From the IMG/VR virus record IMGVR_UViG_3300025296_000113, positions 1 to 25,880 of that record: DNA of 25,880 bases; one strand, 5' to 3'. The position numbers and the translations under genes were made by a program. Numbering within the stretch: the first letter of the stretch is position 1; each line of letters opens with the position of its first letter. Positions 1-8,078 of this stretch are shown one piece after another. The DNA comes from a virus (lineage: Duplodnaviria > Caudoviricetes). The notes under the pieces are model-generated. The model saw only the letters and a program-made list of their open reading frames with translations. It was not told the DNA's origin and ran no database searches.

Positions 1-99
1 AATATGAATAAGCAACAGGGTTATCGAATAATTGATTCCTACTGCATAGCTGTGAATGAAGAAGATTCAGTCGAAGCTTTTATTGGTTCCAGTACTTGA
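1..99 (+). CDS. 3' end of an upstream hypothetical protein (partial)
   Basis: Frame 1 is open from the window edge (NMNKQQGYRIIDSYCIAVNEEDSVEAFIGSST) to TGA at 97-99; not in the ORF track. Confidence 0.5.
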   Translation, partial: NMNKQQGYRIIDSYCIAVNEEDSVEAFIGSST

Positions 100-100
100 T

Positions 101-140
101 AGAGATAACGTACTTCCATCTCTTTTTAGGAAGTCTTTTG
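101..140 (+). terminator. weak possible intrinsic terminator (two overlapping alternative hairpins)
   Basis: AGAGAT 101-106 pairs with ATCTCT 118-123, then TTTT; alternatively ACTTCC 112-117 pairs with GGAAGT 129-134, then CTTTT. Stems are short and loops are 11 nt. Confidence 0.25.
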
Positions 141-171
141 GTTTATTGTATTTTACATGAGTTAGCAGATT

Positions 172-1245
172 ATGGCGACAGACGTTGTAAATAAATTAAA
201 AAAACTAACGGAGCTATCCCGTAGGGAGTTTATGCTGCGTGGTTCAGCTGCTGCTGGTGCGCCTAAAATTCCCGGTAAAGGTCTTCAGGGTCTTATTAAA
301 GCAATTCCTTTTGATTTAGAAGAACTTTATAAGGAACAAACAAGACTTAAAAAGCTTATAATAGAGTATCTAGGAAGTACTTTAGGTTCCTCACCGGGAG
401 TACCGGGAGGTTTTGAAGGAATACAACATACTCTTGATTCTCCAGAAGCAAAGGAATTAGGGAAAAAATATTGGAAGATTCTTATGAACCAGCTTCGGCA
501 AGTTACAGATAAGATGGAATCAGGAGATATATCATTTAAAGATTCTTTAGGAAAAACACAGGTAAAGCAGGGAAAACTTGGACCTTCTACATCAAGAGCG
601 TCTACTGTAGCAGATTTTACTAAACAGAATACTATAGACCCTTGGCGTCAAATGAGTCCTCAACATGTAGTAGGCAGACCTACTGAATTTAAAACATGGC
701 AAGATGTGCAAAAAGACTATAGAGATACTATATTAAAACAACGAGAAAAAGCTTTAGGCACAACTTTAATAACCCGTAGCGCAGGAGCGGGAAAAACTTT
801 ACCTATTGGTTCTCCTCTTCCAGAAGCTCTTCCTTCTAAACCTGCACCTAAAAAACTTGAAGGACCCAAGACTGAAAGAACGACCAGACCTGAAGAGCCT
901 GAAAGAACTACAAAGCCCAAAAAACCTGTAGAGCCTAAAAGAACATTAGAACCAAGAATTACCAGAACTGCTTCGCCAAAACCTCAACTTCCTTCTGGGA
1001 GGGACCTTTCCCGCATAGCGTTGCGTGGAGCAGCTACGGCAGCAGGATGGCCTTTGTATGCTGCATCCTTCGGTATTCCCACAGCACGTAGCGGAGAGTC
1101 ACAGGTATTAGCAGAACTGGCTGACCAGCCTGATGCAGATATGGATGCTGCGCTACAGCAATATCGCCAGACGATGACTGCACAGAAAGAAGCTGCTGCT
1201 CTTAGACGAGCGCAGGAAAATCTTGGACCTATAGGAATGTCGTAA
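172..1245 (+). CDS. hypothetical protein (357 aa) with N-terminal SRREFM motif and Pro/Lys/Glu-rich linker; possible internal virion protein
   Basis: Long ORF ending 1 nt before the next ATG; low-complexity PKTERTTRPEEPERTTKPKKPVEPKRT segment; hydrophobic GAATAAGWPLYAASFGIP stretch. Confidence 0.8.
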   Translation: MATDVVNKLKKLTELSRREFMLRGSAAAGAPKIPGKGLQGLIKAIPFDLEELYKEQTRLKKLIIEYLGSTLGSSPGVPGGFEGIQHTLDSPEAKELGKKYWKILMNQLRQVTDKMESGDISFKDSLGKTQVKQGKLGPSTSRASTVADFTKQNTIDPWRQMSPQHVVGRPTEFKTWQDVQKDYRDTILKQREKALGTTLITRSAGAGKTLPIGSPLPEALPSKPAPKKLEGPKTERTTRPEEPERTTKPKKPVEPKRTLEPRITRTASPKPQLPSGRDLSRIALRGAATAAGWPLYAASFGIPTARSGESQVLAELADQPDADMDAALQQYRQTMTAQKEAAALRRAQENLGPIGMS

Positions 1246-1246
1246 G

Positions 1247-2320
1247 ATGCCATTATCAGGATTAGCCTCAGTAGCTGCTCGTGTAGCCGGTAAAGGAGCA
1301 AGTGCAACAAAAATAAAACATCCTTCTACTATTAATACGCCTGAATTTAAGAATTGGTTTAAAAATAGTGAGGTTATAGATGAAGGAGGTTTGCCTCTGC
1401 CAGCTTATCATTCAACACCATATACTTTTGAAAGTTTTAAAAGTTCTCCCGGTTATCTTCCACCACCAGAGATGTATAAAAAACGAGGCAAAGAGGGATT
1501 ATCATTTTTTAGTTTAAATCCTAGATTTGCATCAAATTGGAATCCGGGACGGGACGCTCAAGCACAAAGAAGAGCTTTTCCTGAAGTGGCTCATCTAATA
1601 CCTGACCCCGAAAGTCAACGTATACTACCTACTTATCTTTCAGTTCAAAAATTATTTAATCCAGTAGAACACGCTCACTTAGTTTTACCAAGTAAAGCAG
1701 AAGTAAGACAGGGAATAGCCCTTACTAAATATGGTGCAAAGAGAATGGTTGATGACATTCTGCGACCACTTCTGAAAGAAGGAGACTATTTTAAAAATCA
1801 ACAGTCTATGTCACGAGCAGAAATAGAAAAATACTGGAATGAACTACCAGATGTAATAGATAGTGAGCATCTTCCTATAATGTTTCAAGGTAATTATTCA
1901 AAAGGTAAATATTGGACCCGTAAAGATATGGAAGAAATGGAAAGACTTTATGGGGAGGATGTTTATGATTCAAAAGGAATTGCATCTGATAAAGATTTAT
2001 GGAAGTACAGTAAAACGAGGAATGGGGATGAGAATCCTTATAGTTTACTCCGGGAATATAAACAACTAAAAGAGGGCCGATGGAGTCCAATAGAAAAAAA
2101 AGATGTTCTTCGCCGTATTAAAAATCAAGGCTTTGACGGTATTAAGATGATAGAAAGAAGAGATTATCCTGTAGAGTTTGGTGCTACTCGTGCTCCACAC
2201 GAAACTGATGAATGGGGAATTACTATAGGAGTATGGAACCCTAGAAAAATTAAGTCTGTTTTTAATGAAGGTACATGGAATCCAAGGTCAAAAGATATTG
2301 GAAAAAATCCGGTAGTATGA
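1247..2320 (+). CDS. ADP-ribosyltransferase-like protein of the ART-PolyVal type
   Basis: Ordered motifs TPEFKNWFKNSEVIDEGGLPLPAYHST, GLSFFSLNPRFAS, ILPTYLSVQKLFNP, GFDGI, VWNPRKIKSVFNEGTW...DI match the remembered consensus FKxWFxxSxVxDxxGxPxxxYHGT...GxDG...VFxPxQIKS...NxGxF. Confidence 0.75.
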   Translation: MPLSGLASVAARVAGKGASATKIKHPSTINTPEFKNWFKNSEVIDEGGLPLPAYHSTPYTFESFKSSPGYLPPPEMYKKRGKEGLSFFSLNPRFASNWNPGRDAQAQRRAFPEVAHLIPDPESQRILPTYLSVQKLFNPVEHAHLVLPSKAEVRQGIALTKYGAKRMVDDILRPLLKEGDYFKNQQSMSRAEIEKYWNELPDVIDSEHLPIMFQGNYSKGKYWTRKDMEEMERLYGEDVYDSKGIASDKDLWKYSKTRNGDENPYSLLREYKQLKEGRWSPIEKKDVLRRIKNQGFDGIKMIERRDYPVEFGATRAPHETDEWGITIGVWNPRKIKSVFNEGTWNPRSKDIGKNPVV

Positions 2321-2361
2321 TAGAACGTAACCCTTATCCCTATGAAGCGAGAGCAATCTAA
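2317..2361 (+). CDS. 14-aa micro-ORF MIERNPYPYEARAI (or -1-frame C-terminal tail of the ART gene)
   Basis: ATG overlaps the ART stop (ATGA 2317-2320) and its TAA overlaps the portal start (TAATG 2359-2363); the peptide resembles the portal N-terminus MAIERNP. Confidence 0.5.
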   Translation: MIERNPYPYEARAI

Positions 2362-4985
2362 TGGCAATAGAACGAAACCCTAACGACCTTATTCCTGAAA
2401 CGAATATAGTTCCTATTCGACACTCGCCGCCAGAAGCGGCTACGGAAGAGCATGTCTCTTTCGATGTCAATACTGATGGAAGTGTCGTTGTTAATTTTAA
2501 TGAAGAAACTATGATTACAGGCGGTTCCACAGGTGCAGCCGATTGGTATACAAACATAGCAGAAGATATAGATGAGCAGCTTCTAACGAAAATTGCCTCA
2601 GATGTTTTTGAGCGTTATCAGGCTGACAAGGATTCTCGTCAGGAATGGGAGTCTATGTTTGAGCGTGGTTTCGACCTTCTTGGTCTCAAGCTTCAGGATG
2701 CTTCGGAACCATTTGAAGGTGCCTGTAGTGCTGTCCATCCGTTGCTGATTGAGTCTGCCGTCAAGTTCCAGTCCAAGGCTTCACAGGAACTCTTTCCACC
2801 AGCTGGGCCTGTAAAGGCACAGGTCATAGGAAAGTACACTCCTGAGAAGGACGAACAGGCTGACCGTGTTCAGCTTTTCATGAACTATCAGCTTACAGAG
2901 CAGATGCCAGAATACTTTGATGAATTTGAACGTATGCTGTTCCATCTTCCACTGATGGGTTCCGCATTCAAGAAAGTCTACTATGACGCTTCTTTGACTC
3001 GTCCTGTCTCTGAATTCGTTCCCATAGACCAGTTTTATATATCCTCCTATGCCAGTGACCTGAGAAAGGCTGACCGTTATACACACGTTATTTATCGTAC
3101 TCCCAATGACTTGGCTCGTGAGATTGCATCGGAGATGTATTTGGATGTCGAGCTTGAGGAGGCTACTGCCCCAACGCAAACTCCCATAACTGGTAAAATG
3201 GATACTATTATGGGTCTGAATCCCACAGGAGATAATGACCCTCAGTATGTACTTCTTGAACAGCATTGTTATCTGGAACTTCCTGCACCATTTAACGATG
3301 AAGAAGCTGAAGGAGTTGCTCTTCCTTACATAGTTACAGTAGAAGAGCAGTCCAGAAAAGTTTTGTCCATTCGTAGAAATTATAAACGTGATGACCCTAA
3401 ACGGGAAAAGATTCTGCATTTTGTACATTATCGTTTTGTACCGGGATTTTCTTTCTATGGTCTGGGTCTTATTCATTTTCTTGGCAACTTGACAATGACA
3501 GCAACTGCTGCTATGCGAGCACTCGTGGACGCTGGTCAGTTTGCCAATCTACCGGGAGGATATAAAGCGAAGGGTGTAAGAATTGTCGGAGACAACGACC
3601 CGATTTCCCCCGGTGAGTTTAAAGAAGTGGAAGCCACTGGTATGGACCTCACCAAGGCAATCATGACGTTGCCTTACAAGGAACCTTCTCAGACACTTTA
3701 CAATATGCTTCAGTTGGTTGCTACGGCAGGTCAGAAGTTTGCCGATAGTACGGAGCAGGTAATATCCGACATGTCTTCCTACGGTCCTGTAGGAACTACA
3801 ATGGCTCTTCTGGAAGCTTCAAGCAAGTTTTTCAGCGCCATTCACAAGAGAGTACATAAAGCTCAAAGAGATGAATTCAAGATTATCGCAAGAATCAATC
3901 ATGATTATATGCCAGATGAATATCCATTCGATGTTCCCGGCGAAAGCCGAAAAGTCCTTAAATCAGACTTTGATGGCCGTGTGGATATCATTCCGGTCAG
4001 TGACCCAAATGTACCATCCAGCGCACATCGACTGATGATTTCCCAGATGGCATTGCAACTTGCACAGCAGGCACCTCCCGGTATGTACAATCTGGAAGCT
4101 CTCAATCGTACTATTCTTGAGAGTGCCAACATGCCTAATCTGGAACAGATACTTCCTGAGAAACGGAAGGCACAACAGATGGACCCGATATCGGATATCG
4201 TAGCTGCTACCAAGGGAGTTCCCATAGCTGCTTTCCCCGGTCAGAATCATGAGGCTCATGTCAAAATAAAAACAGCCTATATTCAGGACCCTGTTCATGG
4301 GGCCAGTCCTATGATGCAAAGAGTCAAACCTATTATTGAAGCTAATATTCAGGAACATGCTGTCATGAAGTATCAGGAGCAGGTTGGTGGTGTTGCTCAA
4401 CAGCTGTTGAATGATTTACCACCGGAACAAGCTCAGATGCCAGAAGCACCCGAACTTGCAATGGCTCAGGCGGCACAGGAAGTTCTCAATGCAAACAGGG
4501 CAATGGGTGTACAGACATCACCGGAACAACAGATGGTTCAGATAGAACAGATGAGATTGCAGCTTGAGCAGCAGAAACTTCAGATTCAGTTACAGACGGA
4601 AGCCGCTGATGCAGCTCTCAAGAATCGTGAACTGGACCTTGAAGAACTTGAAATTGGCATCAAGGTTGGTCAGAAACAAAGTGACATGATGTCCAAGTCT
4701 GAACAGAAGGAACGTGACCGTATCAGTAAGCAGGCAATGAAAGCTGTTGAAATGCTTTACGAATCCGCCATGAAGGAAGCTGAAATGAATAAAGATATGC
4801 AGCTTAAATCAATGGATGTTCTTACTAAACTTGCCGAAATGGAGCAAAAAGGTGAAGACACAAAAGCTATGGTTACGGCAAAGAAAGTTTTAGGGATAGC
4901 TCAGTTAGCTGAAAAAGAAGGCAAAAACAGAGTAGACGCTCTTTTGAAGATTTCGGATTTACTGGCTAAGGATACGGATGCTTAA
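2361..4985 (+). CDS. portal protein (P22-like podoviral type) with long Gln/Glu-rich helical C-terminus
   Basis: 874 aa; motifs EPFEGACSAVHPLLIESAVKFQ, FMNYQLTEQMPEY, GSAFKKVYYD, PGFSFYGLGLIH, LVDAGQFANLPGG, DFDGRVDIIPVSDPN; lies upstream of scaffold and capsid genes. Confidence 0.9.
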   Translation: MAIERNPNDLIPETNIVPIRHSPPEAATEEHVSFDVNTDGSVVVNFNEETMITGGSTGAADWYTNIAEDIDEQLLTKIASDVFERYQADKDSRQEWESMFERGFDLLGLKLQDASEPFEGACSAVHPLLIESAVKFQSKASQELFPPAGPVKAQVIGKYTPEKDEQADRVQLFMNYQLTEQMPEYFDEFERMLFHLPLMGSAFKKVYYDASLTRPVSEFVPIDQFYISSYASDLRKADRYTHVIYRTPNDLAREIASEMYLDVELEEATAPTQTPITGKMDTIMGLNPTGDNDPQYVLLEQHCYLELPAPFNDEEAEGVALPYIVTVEEQSRKVLSIRRNYKRDDPKREKILHFVHYRFVPGFSFYGLGLIHFLGNLTMTATAAMRALVDAGQFANLPGGYKAKGVRIVGDNDPISPGEFKEVEATGMDLTKAIMTLPYKEPSQTLYNMLQLVATAGQKFADSTEQVISDMSSYGPVGTTMALLEASSKFFSAIHKRVHKAQRDEFKIIARINHDYMPDEYPFDVPGESRKVLKSDFDGRVDIIPVSDPNVPSSAHRLMISQMALQLAQQAPPGMYNLEALNRTILESANMPNLEQILPEKRKAQQMDPISDIVAATKGVPIAAFPGQNHEAHVKIKTAYIQDPVHGASPMMQRVKPIIEANIQEHAVMKYQEQVGGVAQQLLNDLPPEQAQMPEAPELAMAQAAQEVLNANRAMGVQTSPEQQMVQIEQMRLQLEQQKLQIQLQTEAADAALKNRELDLEELEIGIKVGQKQSDMMSKSEQKERDRISKQAMKAVEMLYESAMKEAEMNKDMQLKSMDVLTKLAEMEQKGEDTKAMVTAKKVLGIAQLAEKEGKNRVDALLKISDLLAKDTDA

Positions 4986-5148
4986 GTTAATCTTTCTGGC
5001 ATTAATTAGTTTTGTACTTTTTGGAAACTTGGATTCTCAGAAAGAAAAAGAAGAAACGAACCCAGCAAGGGGAAAGAAATTACCCTATTATGAAGGACCA
5101 TATAAGGAGAAAAAGAATGAGCACATGGATACAGAGTCGAGTAAGTGA
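4978..5148 (+). CDS. small protein (56 aa) with N-terminal membrane anchor or signal (MLKLIFLALISFVLFG...)
   Basis: ATG 4978 overlaps the portal end with AAGGA just upstream; hydrophobic N-terminus then charged tail; TGA 5146-5148; absent from the ORF track. Confidence 0.55.
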   Translation: MLKLIFLALISFVLFGNLDSQKEKEETNPARGKKLPYYEGPYKEKKNEHMDTESSK

Positions 5149-5275
5149 GCCTAGTAGCTGGAGCGGTTGTGCCGTTGTATGCTTAGGCGTTGCTGCGATT
5201 ACTGGCATTAGTTGGTTTGCTATAGCTGGAATTGCGCTTGGTGGAATGTCCGTCCTCATGCACGACCACGCATGA
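5117..5275 (+). CDS. small two-TM membrane protein (52 aa), holin-like candidate
   Basis: SD TAAGGAG 5103-5109 before ATG 5117; MSTWIQSRVSEPSSW followed by two hydrophobic segments. The track start at 5012 is over-extended. Confidence 0.7.
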   Translation: MSTWIQSRVSEPSSWSGCAVVCLGVAAITGISWFAIAGIALGGMSVLMHDHA

Positions 5276-5469
5276 ATATTTGGGACGAAGTAATAACAAA
5301 TTTTAATAAGGAAATTGAAATCCTGAAACAAAGTCTGGCAGAGGGGAATGCATCGGACTACCCTTCCTATAAACAAATGGTTGGTATGTGTACGGGAATT
5401 GAGTGGGCTAGAAATAGTTTCACTGATATAATTAAAAAACGTACTTACCAAGATGATGAAGAGGAGTGA
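5272..5469 (+). CDS. small helical hypothetical protein (65 aa) preceding GroES
   Basis: ATGA overlap with the previous stop; MNIWDEVI...DYPSYKQMVG...DDEEE. The track start at 5212 is over-extended. Confidence 0.75.
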   Translation: MNIWDEVITNFNKEIEILKQSLAEGNASDYPSYKQMVGMCTGIEWARNSFTDIIKKRTYQDDEEE

Positions 5470-5470
5470 C

Positions 5471-5893
5471 ATGCAACAGCCAGCATTAGCGAAAGCTATT
5501 AAAAATGACGAATGGATAAGTGGTGTTGAAGAAGAGGTAAAAGACCCCTCTCCTTTACCTTTTTTACCGGGTTATCATGTATTGGTTCGTCCTGTGACAA
5601 TAAAGGCAACCACGAAAGGGGGTATCTTTATTCCTGATTCAACTAAGGACGATATGGCTTATCTTACTACGATAGGTCGTGTTCTCGCACTGGGAGACTT
5701 GGCTTATCAGGACGAGGTCAAGTTTCCTAACGGGCCTTGGTGCAGCATAGATGATTATGTATGCTATGGTAAGCATTCAGGAGTGAAACTGCATTATAAG
5801 GGAGTAAAACTTATTTTGCTTTTCGATGACCAAGTAATGTTGAGAGTCGAAAATGCCAGAGATTTGGACCCTACCTTTAATTTATCTAATTAA
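5471..5893 (+). CDS. groES: phage GroES/Cpn10-like co-chaperonin (140 aa)
   Basis: SD GAGGAG then ATG 5471; PGYHVLVRP, mobile loop KATTKGGIFIPD, GRVLALG, DYVCYGKHSG, KLILLFDDQVM. Confidence 0.85.
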   Translation: MQQPALAKAIKNDEWISGVEEEVKDPSPLPFLPGYHVLVRPVTIKATTKGGIFIPDSTKDDMAYLTTIGRVLALGDLAYQDEVKFPNGPWCSIDDYVCYGKHSGVKLHYKGVKLILLFDDQVMLRVENARDLDPTFNLSN

Positions 5894-5896
5894 CTA

Positions 5897-5925
5897 TTGG
5901 ATACAAAGGAAAAGTGGTGTATAAT
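5897..5925 (+). promoter_or_regulatory. sigma70-type promoter upstream of the scaffold/capsid genes
   Basis: TTGGAT (5897-5902), 17-nt spacer, perfect TATAAT (5920-5925) in one of the few intergenic gaps; SD TAAGGAG at 5961-5967. Confidence 0.65.
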
Positions 5926-5976
5926 ACATGCACGTAAAACCGATTGTTTCGTGAACAACGTAAGGAGTAAGTTTAA

Positions 5977-6918
5977 ATGGTTGAAGACTCAGAGTGGAAC
6001 GCTGTAGAAGTTTCTGAGAACGAAAAAGAGGACAAAGTTGAGTATGAAATCGAAAAGGAGCCTGAACCAACTCAAAAAGCTGAAGAATCTAAGCCAACAA
6101 TGGCAGAAGAGCCAAAAGAACTGGATGGAATCGAAACTGATGGTGCTCAGAAGAGGATTAGACAGCTTGTCACGCAACGTAAGGACCGTGATGAACAGAT
6201 TAAGAACCTTCTTAGTCAAAATGAGCAGTTAAATCAGCAATTAGTGAGCCGGGAAAAGAATTTTACCGAAACTCAGAAGGCTTCGACGGAGATTTCAGAG
6301 AAACAACTCGAAACTAAGATTGAATTGGCTCGTCAGAACTATCTGGAAGCTTATCAATCGGGAGATGGAGAAAAAACTCTCAAGGCACATGAAGCTTTAA
6401 TGGAAACGCAGTTTGATTTGCAGAATATAGGCAATCAGAAGGCTGCGTTGGACCAATATAGTCAGGATGTGGATAGACAGGCTGCACAACTCCAGCAACA
6501 AGGACAACAGCAGCAGGGACCTGACGCTAAAGCGGTAATATGGGCTGGAGATAATGAATGGTTTGGGAAAGATTCCGTTATGTCGGCAGCAGCTCTTGCT
6601 ATCGACAATGATTTAAAGCAAATGGGATTAGACCCTAGTACGGATGATTTTTATGAGGAAGTAAACCGTCGTATTAAAAAAGAATTTCCTCATAAATTTG
6701 AAAATGCGGGACAGTCAACGTCATCGACTGCTCAGGTGGTTGCAGGAGCCTCGCGTACCCCTGCAAGTTCCAGTAAAAAGGTCAAACTCAGTCCAGAGGA
6801 CGTGAGATTGGCAAATAAATGGAGTATTCCACTTGAGGTTTATGCGGTTGAAAAGCAAAAGGCTACTCTTGCCGAAGGTGAATATACAACTGTAAACTTA
6901 GATAGGCGCGGAGGGTGA
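5977..6918 (+). CDS. capsid scaffolding protein (putative)
   Basis: Acidic N-terminus, coiled-coil core (AQKRIRQLVTQRK), Gln-rich linker, WAGDNEWFG, C-terminal KVKLSPEDVRLANKWSIPLEVYA helices; lies between portal and capsid genes. Confidence 0.75.
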   Translation: MVEDSEWNAVEVSENEKEDKVEYEIEKEPEPTQKAEESKPTMAEEPKELDGIETDGAQKRIRQLVTQRKDRDEQIKNLLSQNEQLNQQLVSREKNFTETQKASTEISEKQLETKIELARQNYLEAYQSGDGEKTLKAHEALMETQFDLQNIGNQKAALDQYSQDVDRQAAQLQQQGQQQQGPDAKAVIWAGDNEWFGKDSVMSAAALAIDNDLKQMGLDPSTDDFYEEVNRRIKKEFPHKFENAGQSTSSTAQVVAGASRTPASSSKKVKLSPEDVRLANKWSIPLEVYAVEKQKATLAEGEYTTVNLDRRGG

Positions 6919-6923
6919 GTACC

Positions 6924-7424
6924 ATGAATACACGTATAGAGAATGCACGTACGGCTACAGACCGTACTTCTGAAACAAGACAAGAAACGGAAAAATATGT
7001 TTATGAAGAGCCTGATGCTCTTAGTATTCCTGAAATGGTAAAAAATCGTTTCCATAGCGACGGAATGGTTTTACGTTGGTTACGTATAACTTTATCGGGA
7101 CAGGATGACTACCAAAATATAGGTAAGCATATGAGTGAAGGCTGGGAATTCGTTTTACCAGAGGAAGTACCAGAAATGGCAACCTCTTCTCTCGTGCGGG
7201 AAGAAGGGCGATATAAAGGCACCGTCAGTCGTGGTGACGTAGCATTGGCAAAATTGCCGAAGTATAAAGCCGACGCCCGACAGGAGCATTTTAGGAATAA
7301 GAGTCAAAATCTCATGGCAGCGGTTAATTCGCAACTTGAGAATGCCTCCGATTCTAAAATGCCTATTACTAATAGTAGCAAATCTTCTGTTATCAGGGGA
7401 AGGCAACCGTCTTTTCAGGAGTAA
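6924..7424 (+). CDS. conserved phage head-operon protein
   Basis: GGAGGGT upstream of ATG 6924 (GTG 6915 is an alternative start); motifs LRWLR, EGWEFV, GDVALAK. Confidence 0.75.
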   Translation: MNTRIENARTATDRTSETRQETEKYVYEEPDALSIPEMVKNRFHSDGMVLRWLRITLSGQDDYQNIGKHMSEGWEFVLPEEVPEMATSSLVREEGRYKGTVSRGDVALAKLPKYKADARQEHFRNKSQNLMAAVNSQLENASDSKMPITNSSKSSVIRGRQPSFQE

Positions 7425-7456
7425 TTGAAGATAAGCTTTAGAGAGGAGTGAAGAAT

Positions 7457-8062
7457 ATGTCAACTAGTAAAAATCTTCGCGGATTCCTCCCCGCTCGTAA
7501 ACGTGGTATGGCTGCTAACTCTACGGGATTTGATGAAATTCCAATTGCGTCTGGCCTTGCTCAAAGTATATTTACGGGTGACCTTGTCGAAGTTACTGCA
7601 GGTAATTTAAATGCTGTTTCAGCGGGTGCTACATCCGTTGGAGATGCAGCTCCCTGCATTGGTGTTTTCATGGGGTGTCACTATGTTGAAGATGGTACGC
7701 CTAAATGGAATAAGTATTGGCCTACTGGTACGTCAGCGACTGATATTAAGGCGTTTGTAAATACAGACCCTTGGTCCACGTACTACATTCAGGCTGATGC
7801 GACACTATCTGCCGGGGATATTAACTCGTCAAACTTCGGTATTACGGTGGGGTCCGGTTCAACCGTTACTGGTCAATCCGGTTTCGGTATCAAGGCAGCG
7901 TCGAGAGATGATTTGATTCTCGATGTACGGCCTATCAGTGTGTTGGATGAGCCGGGGAACGATATTACTGTTTCCGCTCAACGTGCCTTCCCGGTTGTGG
8001 AAGTACGTCTTATCCATCACGTAGATATGCTGACTGCTACAACTACTGTTATTACACAGTAA
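7457..8062 (+). CDS. capsid decoration/cement protein (putative)
   Basis: SD AGGAG 7444-7448, ATG 7457; Gly/Ala/Thr-rich beta protein (IFTGDLV, IGVFMGCHY, GSTVTGQSG) immediately before the capsid gene. Confidence 0.7.
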   Translation: MSTSKNLRGFLPARKRGMAANSTGFDEIPIASGLAQSIFTGDLVEVTAGNLNAVSAGATSVGDAAPCIGVFMGCHYVEDGTPKWNKYWPTGTSATDIKAFVNTDPWSTYYIQADATLSAGDINSSNFGITVGSGSTVTGQSGFGIKAASRDDLILDVRPISVLDEPGNDITVSAQRAFPVVEVRLIHHVDMLTATTTVITQ

Positions 8063-8078
8063 ACGGGGAGTGTAAATC

